From Gonapodya sp. JEL0774 (lineage: Eukaryota), in contig JADIIX010000083.1 of NCBI GenBank assembly GCA_027604505.1, positions 62,001 to 99,065 on the forward strand: a stretch of DNA of 37,065 nt. The letters are read 5' to 3'. Below are positions 12,001-24,271 of this stretch, in pieces. Numbering within the stretch: position 1 is the stretch's first letter; every line of letters starts with the position of its first letter. The notes beneath the pieces are model-generated. The model made no database searches. It worked only from the letters and a program-made list of their open reading frames with translations, and had not been told where the DNA came from. Position numbers and translations under genes: made by a program.

Positions 12001-12954
12001 GACACGAAGTATTGATCGAGACTCCACTGCCGCAATGAGGGCGGCATCTTGGTCTGTGGGTTGTGGCGGGGCCGGTCGGGATGGTTGCCGGGAGTACGGG
12101 TTCGGGCTAGAGACAGGGACAAAATAGGAGGGTCCAGTTGCGGAAGATTGACGTGGTGCGGATTGTTGAGTGGCGTTGGGAGAGGAGGAGGGAGGAGGTT
12201 GAGGGTGAGGAGATGATTTTGGGTTTGAGTTGTTCAGAAGAGATGGCTGTGGTGGAGATGACGTGGAGGCTGGGTTGGAGTTGAGGTTGTTGGTAGCGGC
12301 AGGATCAGGGTACTGCGAGGAGTGCATAAGCAGTTGAGCGAGATGAGGAAGGGCCATCGGCAAATTTTGGTTGAGGGAGATTTGGTTCGGATTAGGGAAG
12401 GAGGACAAGGAAGATTGGTTTACGTTTGAAGGAGAGAGGGTGCGGGAGTGTGCCTTGTGGGCTTTTTGATGATGCCCAGAGTTGGACCTCGAGTGCGGGT
12501 GTTGATTCGAGATGGAGCTTTGGTTTCCCTGCTGCTGAGCGAGGTGCTTGAGTTGAGCGTCCTTTGCCATCTGGGTGAGTTGACTGCCAAGACTTGGCAC
12601 CTGCGTCTGCATCTGAGTCTGCGAGTTTCCGGCTTTTCCTGTGTTCCCGGCGGTCGTCGCTGCCGCTGCTGCCATGGCTTTGCTTGCTCCACTCCCACCC
12701 ATACCAGCTGAACCCACCAATCCCCCCACCGATCCGCCCTCTCCTCCACCTACACCCAGTCCCGTTCGTTCCTTCTCTCTTTCTCTATCCCTCTCCCGCT
12801 CCCGTCCCCGATCCCTCCCTCGGTCACCCCCACCACTGGCCATGCCATCAAGCCACCCTCCTCGATTGCTCCCCCCGCGTACATCGACAACACCTCCTCC
12901 TAACACCACGCCTGCACCACCATTGCTTCGTTTTCGTCGAATCCCGCTGAGCAT
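9083..12954 (-). CDS. Large low-complexity protein with a central ankyrin-like module and C-terminal coiled coil (paralogue 3), exons 12954-11811 and 11604-9083
   Basis: LIAAVESRS...KGAKPSARKWVKFSCRV...GESALALAIMVGQADI|AEALLDAG...VEW...SALSFALG...VVRLIVKRGG. A phase-1 gtgagt...cactag intron joins the 393-aa and 784-aa ORFs. Confidence 0.8.
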
Positions 12955-14675
12955 CGGCAAAGCGAGTGGGACGGGTCACCAACACAAGTCCTCACAGTCC
13001 TCACGGTCCACCTGCTGTGCGCCCGTGATACCCGTTTCAAATGAAAGTATCAAGACGGGTGTCCGGTCGAGAACCACGCAACTCGACCTCAGAACCGGAT
13101 ATTTGAATCGTTTGTGTGCACCAAAACCTGATTGTTTCTGATTACATAGCCTCCTTTCCCTCCTCCCTTTTTCCCTCAAACTGTTCCTTTGAGAAAAGAA
13201 ATTCTTTGTGCTTTCAAAATGTAACCAAACCCCCATAACCTCAAATTTGTAGAATTAGGTTGAGTGGAGAGTCCACTGCCGTCCCTTTCCAGTATAGGAA
13301 CGTATGCAATCTGCATATCGCTTTTACGAACCCTCACGTGTCTTCCACAGGCTTATCGCAAAGCACACAAGTCAATACGGTTGTTGAGGCCCTTATATTT
13401 GATGTTTAGCGTTCAGTATGACTCATTCACTCCTTCTTGTTCCCTCGTTGCACTGCTTCATTTCTCGGTTCCCGGTATCCTAAACCTCCCACCCAGGTCT
13501 CTGAGAGAAACTTTTGAGCAAGAAATAAAGGGGACTAACTTACTTCTGTCCCCATGCATGTTTGGGGGCAATTCGTGCGGGAGACACAGTTTGATCGGGG
13601 AGAGGGCTATTATTAGACAAGAGCTGTCGTCGGACACGGAATTTTGGAAATGAACGCTGTGTTGTATATTGTATGTGCTAAGAGCATACCTGTGGGAAAG
13701 TGTGGGAACTGTGTGGGGAGATGAGGAGCCTTGGCAGAAGTTCGCCGCCCTGGTAAGAACTCAAAGTGGTACACAGAACAGACCCCCGGAGAGGGCCCAT
13801 TGTAAAAAAAAAAGAAAATGGACGAAAGCTGGATCCGGCTGCAAGAAACGGCAAGGGAAGGAAGACGAATCCCGATGAAGGGACGAGAGGAGGGATTCAC
13901 GGCTCCACCGTTGCGGGAACCTCGCAATGACTGTCAAATTCAGCGACAAGAGAGGGGAGAGAGAAGAACGCACTGAGCCGTCAACTGATGACCGTATAAG
14001 TGCACACACCCACAACAGCCGCAACGGCCGGCTTGGCGGGAACCGGAAGTTTTAATTGTCTTCTCATTATTTCAAGTTTGTGTTATGATCACCGAAACAC
14101 GCGGGTAGTACAAAGCGGCCTTTCACCGTTCTGGTGACTCAAAATCAATTGAATGATTCAGATCGTCAAGCACTCAGAACACATTCTTCTTGCCTGGCTA
14201 TGTCGTCAGTTGGTGAAGTTTGAAGTACGAATGCAGAGCCCGAGTCACAGTATATGTAGTGTCGATAATATACAGTAATTCAGTGGTCGGGAAGTCCATC
14301 ACTAGAGGTTTAGTTCATAGTACCAGCTATTTAAAAGCTGGTGTGTCACCCTGCCACCTGCACTGCTTCGAACGTCTATGTAGTCCGGTGCGGCAGAGCT
14401 GTACGAGTGCTATGAGGATACTTTTTTGAAATTGGGTTGTCGTAGCTTGCACTCTATAATAAGCATCTCCGTTCGCTGTCGTTGCTCTGTGTGTCCTTGT
14501 TTGAACCATATATATTCCTCTGGACTGACCCCAGAAAAAACAGACCCGCTCTGATGTTCACGATGAGGCAATCAGGATTTCGGAGATGAAAGCCCGATGG
14601 GGTCGGCAGCTGTCGGCAGCCGGTCGAACCCAAATTTAGCCCAGGTTCATACCATTCTTTTGACACAAACTCCCC

Positions 14676-17600
14676 ATGGATTCCAAACATTCAACACCTT
14701 CGAACTCGCCGCCCACGTCGCTCCTCTCCCTACCTCCGCCTGCGCCAGATCCTCCCCCGCTACCGCGTCGTGCCTCTGCGGTGTCGTCGCGTCCGGGAAC
14801 CTCAGGAGTGGGTTCTTCGAAACTACCCGGGTCCGCAAGAGCGGGTAGTTCGCGGCGGCCATCACTGGCAAAGCCGACCAGAATGTCGTCGGGCATGCAG
14901 AGGTCCGCGGGCACCGTGTCCGTGTCTGGGTTGAGTGGGGACGCGAGTGTGGTGGAGGTGAACGGGGAAACAGATCCGAACGAAGACTACGATCGCGCTC
15001 AAGCACGGTCCTCTCTGCAAAGACGCAGATCACAGGCTGAAAATCACGGGTCGCAGGTCTCAGAAATCTTGATTGGAGGACCCCGCAACCCGAACGGGAA
15101 ATTTCCTCCCCAAGAAGACACCTCGAGCAGGAGCATTGTCAACACCCAGCCCAAAGATTCACACCAAAATTTAACTAGTGACGCGCTCGAGCAAGACATC
15201 CGTAGTTCCATCTCTGACCTTGACCCTACAGAGGAAGTTCGAAAAATGAAAGAGGCTGTTGCAGACCTCATGGATGAGGATGAGGGATCCATATCCGACC
15301 TTGACCTCGCAGAAGATGCCGAGGCAGGGGACGTGGAGAATGCTGACCACGGCGATGCACGAAAAGACAATGGGAATGAAAATCTGCTCAACCGAGATCC
15401 TCGCCCTACAATGGATCACATGGACAGTTCTTCGGTCCGTCGCTCCAGTACCACCCACAAAACTTCCACCACAACCACTGCTGCCACACTCAAATCAATT
15501 TTCTCCTCTATGCACGCTGCTGGATCGATATCTCTCGACCTACACTACCCCAATGAAGCCGTAGAGGTGCAGGACTCCACCGCACAACCCTTTGATCCAG
15601 ACGACCCTTCACTCCGCGCACTCGCAATCATTGCAGAAGCGGAAGCACGCGTAACTTCATCGGCGTTCGTAACAATCAATCCTGCAGCCTCACCTTCATC
15701 CGCCACTGGCCAAACCGGCCCATCCGCCTCCCTTTCGTCTTCACCGGCTGACACTCCGTCTTCCGTTGCTCAACCCCCTGTATCCACCTCTTTACCCCCC
15801 ATACCCCTCGACGTCGACCTTCCCTCACTCCGTGCCGCCATCACCACCCTCTCCCAACTCCTCCGCTCCTCGCGGCAGTCCGAAAACATCCTCCGCCGCC
15901 ATGTTGATCAACTCTCCACGCACCTTCGTGATGACGCCCAACGTGTTCGAGCGGCTCTTGCGGCTGCAGTGGACGATAGGGCACGTATGGCCAGAATCAA
16001 AAAAGAGTTGAGGAGGGCATGGAGAATGGTGGAGAGGTGTGGGGAGAGAGAAGCACGAGCAAGGAAGGAGATCGAGGCAGGGAGGGGCAAAAGGGCAAGA
16101 TTAGGGGACCCAGGTGAACTCGACGGACCGAAGAGCGATGGAGAGGACGGTGAAGCAGATGGTGTGCCATTGAGTTTGTCGAAGAAATACACATCGACCG
16201 AAGAGATGAAGGATAAGAGGATCGAACAGCTTGAAACGGTGAGTAGTCAGTCCATTGCGGCATCGGTCTTCCGTCTTAAACTTCAGGGACACTTTAGGAA
16301 CTCTCCGAACTCCGCGCGAGCTTCACCACCTTGGACACCCTTCACCAAACCACCACCTCTGCGTACACCTCCCTTCATACCGCACACACGCAACTCCAGT
16401 CTTCACACACCCATTTGCAATCTGTGTACTCGGAGACCTCAGATGCTCTAGGGGCCGCGCGGAGGGAACTGGATCGTGTCGCGAGGGAGAGGGAAAGGGC
16501 AGAAGCCATGCGAACTGCTGAGCACGAGGTGGCCGAGAGAGCCAGGGACGAGGCGACTAGAGCAGTGGCTGAGGCTCAGGCAAGACAACAGGAAGTTGCT
16601 CAGGCCAGACACGAGGCTAGGGATGCAGGAGTCATGGTGGAAAGAGCTCAAGGGGATCTGGAGAGGGCGTTAGGTAGAGTTGCGAGGGCGCAGGCGGATG
16701 CAGCAGAGAGAGGGAGGGAGGTCGAGGCTCTACTGGGAAGATTAAAAGTACGAGATGAAGAACTGCGGGCGGCACAGGCTGCGGGGGAGAGGTGGAGGGA
16801 GGAGTGTGGAGCCGCAGGCAGGAGGACAGAGGGCTTAGAGCGAAGGGTTAGGAGGGTGGACAGTGAGGTAGCCAAAGCCGGCGGAGAGAAGGAAGAATAT
16901 AAGGTAATTGTTCAGACACTTCGCCTGAGCTATATGTGCTCTCTCAGATCCTAAAATCCTCATATCCTGATCTTTGAACATCCAAGAACAAATACACCGC
17001 CGCCCTCCACGATCTCTCCCTTCTTCGCACTGCCAACTCTCTCCTTCAACACTCCCGTGACTCTGCCCTCCGCGATCGAGATATGCTTGACAAGAAACTC
17101 CGTGAGCAAGAGACGCAGACGAGAGTTGAGAGTGAGCGTACTCAGCAACAGGAGCAGGCTAGAATGGTGGCTGAACGGGAAGTGGGCGGATTGAGGAGGG
17201 AGAATGGAAAAATGAGGAAGGTTCGTCAAAGAGATTGAGAGAGATGAACCATATGTGGCTCACGTAGAAATCCCCACCGCCCAACCTTAAGATTATCCTT
17301 GCTCTAGAGCGCGCTCGTGACGCCCAATTAGCAGAGGCGAACTCGGCGCTGCTCGCACTTCAAGAACGGGAGGAGGATGTGAAAGTTGCGGAATTGCAAG
17401 CGGTGGATAGAGGTAAGAAAATCGCTGAGATGGAAAGAAAATTGGGAGAACAGCAAGTATGTGTATGAGTTGCATTAGGCGGCCTTCATGCCACGTTGAG
17501 TGATGCATGCGTTTCGGCGTTCTGCAATAGGCACTCTACGAATCAGTTCGCGCAGACCGTAACCTCTACTCCAAACACCTGCTCGAAGCCGAGTCGTCCG

Positions 17601-18975
17601 CCTCCCATCTCCGCAACAAGCTGGACACCGTCGCTCACCAATGCGCCCAGCTCAAAGAGGAACTTGCTTCCAAAGAGGTGATTCTCCAGCGCACTGCGGG
17701 TGACCGACACAAACTCGAAGCGCGATGCGACGCAATGGCCAGGGACGTGGCAAAAGCTGAGGATGAAGTTCGCGGTAAAGAGGAAGAGCTGAGGAGGATC
17801 AGAGGGGAAGTCGAGGCTCTTCATAGAAATGTGGAGGAAGCAGAAAAAGAAAGAAGCGCAAGAGCAAAACTTCACGCAGCGGTTATAGTTGAACGGGATG
17901 GAGCGATGCAGCAGTTGGTGAAAGCTCGGAAGGAGTGTGCACTTCTAACTGAGAAGGTGGACATCCAGAGACTGGCATTGGAGAGGGGTGAGGCAGCGTA
18001 CGCAGCGCGGGGAGAGGATGTGAGAATATTGAGGATGGAGGTGCGGAGGCTGAGAAGAGAGAGGGCAATTGTTGGGAGGGAAGCCGGGCAGGTGGGAAGG
18101 TTAAAGGAGGAGGTCGTGGGGGTGAGGAGGGAACTGATAAGAGAGAGGGCGAGAGTGAAGGTGTTGGAGGGTGAGTAGTGCAAGATCGAATTGTGACCGC
18201 CTACATCCTCTGAAACATCAACTATTCTTAAGAGGAACTTGAAACGCCGCTCAATGTTCATCGTTGGCGTGCCCTCTGGGGTACTGATCCAACCATGTCC
18301 CAACTAATCGCCAAAGTTAAACTCCTTCAACGTCGCCTCATTGCCAAAACCGAAGAAGTCGTGGACCGTGAACAGTCTATTGCGCAAAGGGACAATGCTT
18401 ACCAGAGACTTAAGGAGCAACTTGGAAGAGCACCAGGGGCGGAAGTGGTGAGGAGTTTGATGGAAGCGAGAGAAGCAGCGAAAGCGAAGGGGAAAGAGTG
18501 CAAGGTGAGTTATCTGGGAGGAAGATTCTGTTCGACTATTTTGACAGATTCCGGAACCTTTCCAGGCACTTGCCAGCGAACTCACCATGTACGCGACGCA
18601 CCTCGCTGCCCTTCGATCTGATGTGACTCGTCTGTCGTCGGAGCTACAACTTGAGAAAAAGCGTCACTTTTTGGTCAAGAAGCGGCTCCATGAGCGGGAA
18701 AAGAGAGAACGCGAAATGCGTGAGGCACTAGGAGCTGGGACATCCCCTGGAGTCGTCGGAGTTGGGGGACAGGTTGCTGAGGCGGTTGCTGCTTTGCTGG
18801 AGAAGGCAGCGGTTGGCGGGACAGGGAAGAAGAGAGTGGACCCTGGGTTAACGTTGCTGCCCAGATATGTCGTGAGTTTACATGCATAATCGCAAAGCGA
18901 CACTTTTTGAAGCTAAATCTCCCAAATGTTTTGCAGGGTGGCGGGTATCTAGTTTCCAAGCCTGTGGCAACATGA
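14676..18975 (+). CDS. CFAP58: Cilia/flagella-associated protein 58-like coiled-coil protein, multi-exon
   Basis: Recognised motifs LYESVRADRNLYSKHLLEA, HQCAQLKEEL, EELETPLNVHRWRALWGTDP...LQRRLIAKTEEVV and spliced C-terminal PRYV|GGGY resemble CFAP58/CCDC147 (recalled, not searched). Confidence 0.78.
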
Positions 18976-19140
18976 CATTTAAATTCCCGCTGGTGTACAC
19001 TATCTGCAAAGTCTGTCGCAACGTGACATATGAGTTCCCCGTGGTGAAAACTTAGCTTCGAAGTCTGTCACATCGTGACATAAGAGTTCCCCGTGGTGGA
19101 CACTTGTCTTTGAAGTCTGTCGCAATTTGACATATGAATT
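18961..19140 (+). repeat. About 3.5-copy 51-52 bp tandem repeat with an internal inverted repeat
   Basis: Units start at 18961, 19012, 19064 and 19116; consensus TCTGTC(G/A)CAACGTGACATATGAGTTCCCCGTGGTG-n-AAG. Confidence 0.9.
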
Positions 19141-19312
19141 CATTATGACTTTATATAACATCGTTGAACCTTAATCCTCATGACTAAAAACAAGAAACTC
19201 GACCTTCCTGACACTAGATTTTTTGTAAGAAATGTCTCTCACCGCTTCGGCAAACTGCTGGAGTGTATGCCCTCTATTCTATCTTGTGGACAACAACGGT
19301 GGTAACACTACT

Positions 19313-22108
19313 TTACAGGAGCTTTTGAGATCCAAGAGTCGAATTTGTGAAGCCACGAGTGAGACGATTTGCACCGTCTTTTACTTGAAAGCTTGCCGTC
19401 AGATTTTGGGTATCTGTCCGATTGGCAATTGAAACAGCAAAGTAATCCGCAGTGACCGCCTCATTGGAGACGGTTAATACGAAGTATCCTCGTTCCCATG
19501 CTTCGGCCCACTGGAGCCCGGAATTCTGGGTCAAACAAGAGATGTGTCAGCAACCACAAAGACAAAGCACGTCAGTTTTAACTGACCGCTCCAACCAGCG
19601 CCTTGATTATTTGGGCAGTGGCAGCTTGCCCGACACTTTTAAACGGTGAAGGTGAGGATACCGCAGTCCCCACGAATTCTGCGCCAAGCGCACCGTCCCC
19701 AGTGGTGGAGTTGTACTTTCCAGTAACATCCGGGATGTCATGGACCCAGTTCCTGAACACATGAACAGAGAAAATCGATTTGTGTCATTTCCTATCATTC
19801 GATCAGTCAATTTCTGTCAAACCTACGAGTGGATGTCACCTTCAAACCGACTTGATTAGATATTTGGTTTCATGCCAGTAGCGAAGGTTTCGCACCACTC
19901 ACCGGAAAGAATGATAAAGTTCGAGACACTGGAAGTTGCTTGTTGGAGATTAATCTCATGAAGGATGATAGATTGGATGACTCACTTGTTACTCTGCACA
20001 TGGTTAAGTAGCCGCTTCCGAGACGCGATATAACCGTCCCATCTATAATCATAGTCCAGTCACAGCACAGACAATGATCCGCCGCAACTGACGACTTACG
20101 AATCGTAGTTGAAGTCCAATCCAAGGGTGGGAATTGAGGAAAAGTTGAGAACATCAAACTGTACTTGATTCCCGATAACGCGCCATTTGGCGCCTCGATT
20201 CTTGGAGGCCACAATATTGTCTTTGAGCCACCTCTCTTGATCAAAGCCGAGAATCTGATTTTAGGAATAATGGTCAGGATCTGAATTTTCATTACCAGTC
20301 GCTCAAAGCTCACGGTGCGATTGTCCCAAGTCGAAATGTTCTTGACATATGCAGTGTTGTAGTACATGTCGGTCTAGAGAGCCACATCGAAATGATGCAT
20401 GAGATTGATTTATATTCCGCCAGTGACGGCTTACCACATCCCGACCCCAATGGCGAGTGTCTCATGAACGCACAGGACGTACTTGTCAGCGGCAAAGACG
20501 CTGAAATAACTATCTTTCTCAATTGACACTCACCAACCATGACAAGATCAAACAGCTTTCCTATAGCAAATGTCCTCCAGATCTTTCCAAAAACTTCAAG
20601 CTGCCGGATGGGCATCCACTGAGGAAAATCATCCATTCACTGTTCAATCACGCTCATGGGCGCTCAAATTTGTCTCAAAGTTTACCTCAAACGCTGCTTT
20701 GAACGCATTCATCTTGCGGACGCTGTAAGGGCCTTGAACTGTGGCGTTGTGGTTTGCTGCACCATCTTTCCAAGAGTTGTCCGCTACCTAAAAGCCAAAT
20801 CGCGAGTCAACACAGGGGTTGCATTTCTGGCATGCCTCGCGAGATTTATACCTCGTGGTCGTCCCATACTGTAATCCACGGAAGCAACTGATGGGAGAGT
20901 GCGAGATCTGGATCCATCCTGTAAGATGCATAGCGCAACCGATCTGTTTAAATCAAAGTGTTGATAAGCTTGGGTAGTTCAAGGTTCACCGATGAGCGAA
21001 TCCCCGTCTGATAATTACAATCTTCCAATTCGACAATGTCGCGATCTGCGGGAAGTGGAACACGACCCGTAGAAGTGCCATTTCCATATCCACCGTTGGC
21101 ATACTAAGGGTGACTTACTGTGAACCAACGCACGCAAAATTTAGCTATTTAAAATCAACTCACCTCATATATATAGTCTCCAACATGCACAACCAGATCA
21201 ACCGAGCCTTGACGCGCGGGGATACCGTATGCATTGAAGTATCCTTGCGGGAGATTGCTGCAGCTGTACACAGCGAGTTTCCAAGGACGCGTGACGTTCG
21301 AGTTGGCATCTGGAAGGGTTCGTGTAATGCCAACGGGGGATGTGATTGAAGCGTTAAAGCCACCAATAAAGCGATAATAGTAGACGGTATCCGGCTCCAA
21401 ACAATCGGCTTCAACCTGAATGATCAGAATCTTCGATGAGAGACAACCCATACAAGACTGGAGACAGAATCGCGAACAACACCTTAACGCTGTACGAGAT
21501 CTTGGATGACGTGGCCACTCGACCCTTTTTGACAATGTGGGAGAAGTTCTTTGTCTTTGAAACCTGCCACTCCACAAGTACTGGCCCGAGGTCTTCCGTG
21601 ATGTTGCGAACCAACCCATCCTTGCCACCAACGCAAAGGCCAACTGCGTTTCTGGAATAAGTAGGCGCACAATCGCATGTGTTATTGGTGTAAACCTCAT
21701 TGGGCAAGATGCATGCGAGGCGGGGAGCCGCCCTTGTCCAAAGAATGACCGAATCGCAATGCTGAGCGCGGATAAACATTGATGCCAAAATACGATCAGT
21801 CCGTTGATTAAATTGAGATAAAATACTGAGCTAAGACACCCTACCGGATCTCCACTTGCAACGCCGAACTGGAAAACGGGCACGTTCTTGCTAATCTGCG
21901 AGTTTTGCTCCACATCCCACCAGCCATCGCTGTTCCTCTTCATGTGCTTACTGGATTCCAATGATGCATCGTGACCGTGAATTGGGAATTCGGCGAGCGG
22001 CGAACGAAAGGCGAGGTTGTTGTGGAAAGGCGATCCCTCTGCAGCTGCAGACAGGAAGGCACAGACGCCCACTAGTGTAACGATTGCGATCATGCCTAAC
22101 GATCGCAT
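19313..22108 (-). CDS. phoD: Secreted PhoD-family alkaline phosphatase, multi-exon, apparently intact
   Basis: Signal peptide MRSLGMIAIVTLVGVCAFLSAAA; motifs FGVASGDP, VILWTR, YSCSN, HVGDYIYE, WDDHE, VDTR, WDGY, SGDIHS and AEFVGTAVSSP are all recovered by splicing. Confidence 0.92.
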
Positions 22109-22884
22109 TTCTTCCAATGCTGTAAAGAAAATTTTGATCCGTCGGGTTTTCTTATGAGATGCAACATGCACTGGCACGTGTGAGGGCGGATGATCGGTGA
22201 AACGAGGGGACTTCTGCCAAGTCCCTTCCTTTTTCAAATCCCACCACGAAGAACTCGAGAATTCTCCATATAAAATGTATAATGTGCACGCACGGGTGAG
22301 ATGTGAGGGCTTGCTATCGTCATCGGCGGTTTGTTTGGCCAGTATTATCGTAGACAACAAAATATGTACACAAAGGAAATAAATAACACGTTGAGGGGAA
22401 CCTCCACAGCCTTTTTGGAGACCAGTAATATTATGAGAGTTGCACGTGCAGGAATGAGAGGGCCGAGCAAGCATAATCTACGATGAGCTTGTATGCCTAT
22501 GCAAAAGCATAAATTATTGAAGTTTGCCTTGCCACCGCACCAGTATTAGCGGTCAATGATGAACCACACGAACTTGCATAATTCTAATTCGCCTTTTTCT
22601 CTTTTATGAATGCCAATCGTGCTTGCGTGTTTGAGAACGACGCGCGAATAAATCGTCGGTACCGTACTGTAGAATGATGGGGTTACATAGCGGGGACATC
22701 AATACACCTCTGTTGCTATCAACTTCGTTGGTTGAGACACTCTTCCGACGCTTTGATGCTCCCTGAGCTCGCGATAGTCCCCCTCTTATTGGTTCGCAAC
22801 GCGATGTACCACTTTTCTAAGCTTGGCCCAAGTAAATTACATTCCATTACACATGAAATAAACCAGTAAGCACTCAGTGCTCAG

Positions 22885-24271
22885 CTATAGGAGCTTTTGA
22901 GATCCACGTGTCGATTTCGTGTAGCCACGAGTGAGGCGGTTGGCACCATCTTTGCCCAGAAAACTTGCGGTCAAATTCTGTATATCTGTCCGATCGGTAG
23001 TAGACACGGCAAAGTAGTCCGCCGTGACGGTTTCATTTGAGACGGTCAAAACAATGTAGCCCCGCTCCCATCCTTCGGCCCACTGTGCAGTGGGATTCTG
23101 ATTTGTCGAAGAAACTCAGTGAAGGGGGCTCAAGAAGGTCAAGCCTCTGTACGCACCGATGTAAGCAAAGATTGAATAGAAAATCCACTGAGGAGCTTTC
23201 CAACACTATCGTATGGCGACGGAGAGGATACTGCAGTCCCCACAAATTCTGCACCAAGTGCACCATCACCATTGATGGAGTTTGTACTCGCCATTAACAT
23301 CCACAACATCATGGACCCAGTTTCTATGCCCAGGAAAGATCGTGCTCGGTAGTTCTCAATACTTCAACGGCGAGAAACTCACGTGTGAATGTCACCTTTC
23401 TGTGCCCATGATTGTGGAGAGCCGAGACAGTCCCCGAAGAAGGAGAACTTGAGCGACACTCACCGGAAAGAACAATGGGGTTCGATACGCTGGAAGACAA
23501 GTGCTCAAGTATTGATCCATGGAATGATGAAAGAGCGGGATGAAACTCACTTATATTTCTTGACATGGGGCGCGGCGCCAACGTAACCATCCCACCGAAA
23601 TTTATCAGTTTCAGCACACATCGAGAAATTTGTAAAATCACTGCAAAGACTTACTAATCATAGTTAGCGTCAACACCAATTGCAGGAACTGCAGCGAAGC
23701 TTATCGTGCCGAACGGAACTTGGATGCCTGTTACTCTGTTCTTGGAGGCCACATATTATTCTCAAGCCATTTCTTTTGATCAAAACCAGAATCTTACATG
23801 ACGTAAATGCAAGTTAGTCCTTCGATGTCGAGCATTGCCTGGTGGACAGCTCACCGTGCGGTTCTCCCATTGGTAAGATGAATGCCAGGCGGGGACCTGC
23901 CCGTGTCCAGAGAATGACCGAATCGCAATGCTGAGAGTAAATGAAATTCGATAACAAAACGGGATCGGTCCGATGAATAATGAATGTGAAAAAAAAATGC
24001 TGGGGAACTGGATGGTTGCCGGTGAGCGCCTCACTGGATCTCCGCTGGCGACGCCGAACTGGAAAACGGGCACGTTCTTGCTCATCTGCGAGTTTTCCGC
24101 CACATCCCACCCACCATCGTTCTTCCTCTTCATGTGTTTTCTCGACTCTGAGGATGCACCGTGACCGTGAATCGGGAATTCAGCAAGCGGCGAAAGGTAG
24201 GCTAAATTGTGATGGAAGGGTATTTTCTCTGCAGCAATGAGCGTACAGGCCCCCATGAGGGCGAAGATCAT
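22885..24271 (-). pseudogene. phoD: Tandem phoD duplicate with an internal deletion of about 1.37 kb and frameshifts
   Basis: Colinear with the intact copy at both ends (GVASGDP...WTRAGPRL; ...GSQKLL*), but LP joins directly to WENRT out of frame. Further 1-nt and 15-nt deletions near 23720-23790 give a premature TAA. Confidence 0.85.

Noticed and set aside
9189..13141. Numerous plus-strand ORFs of 60-213 aa
   Set aside because: Antisense shadows of the GC-rich, low-complexity minus-strand gene.
13000..14670. Short ORFs between divergent genes
   Set aside because: No domain or coherent exon chain found; treated as promoter or UTR sequence.
18961..19140. CRISPR-like array
   Set aside because: The variable segments are short and related to each other, the repeats are degenerate, no cas genes are present and the context is eukaryotic.
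21155..22474. 439-aa ORF as a single protein
   Set aside because: It reads through phoD introns and partly uses the wrong frame; the spliced model from ATG 22108 explains it.
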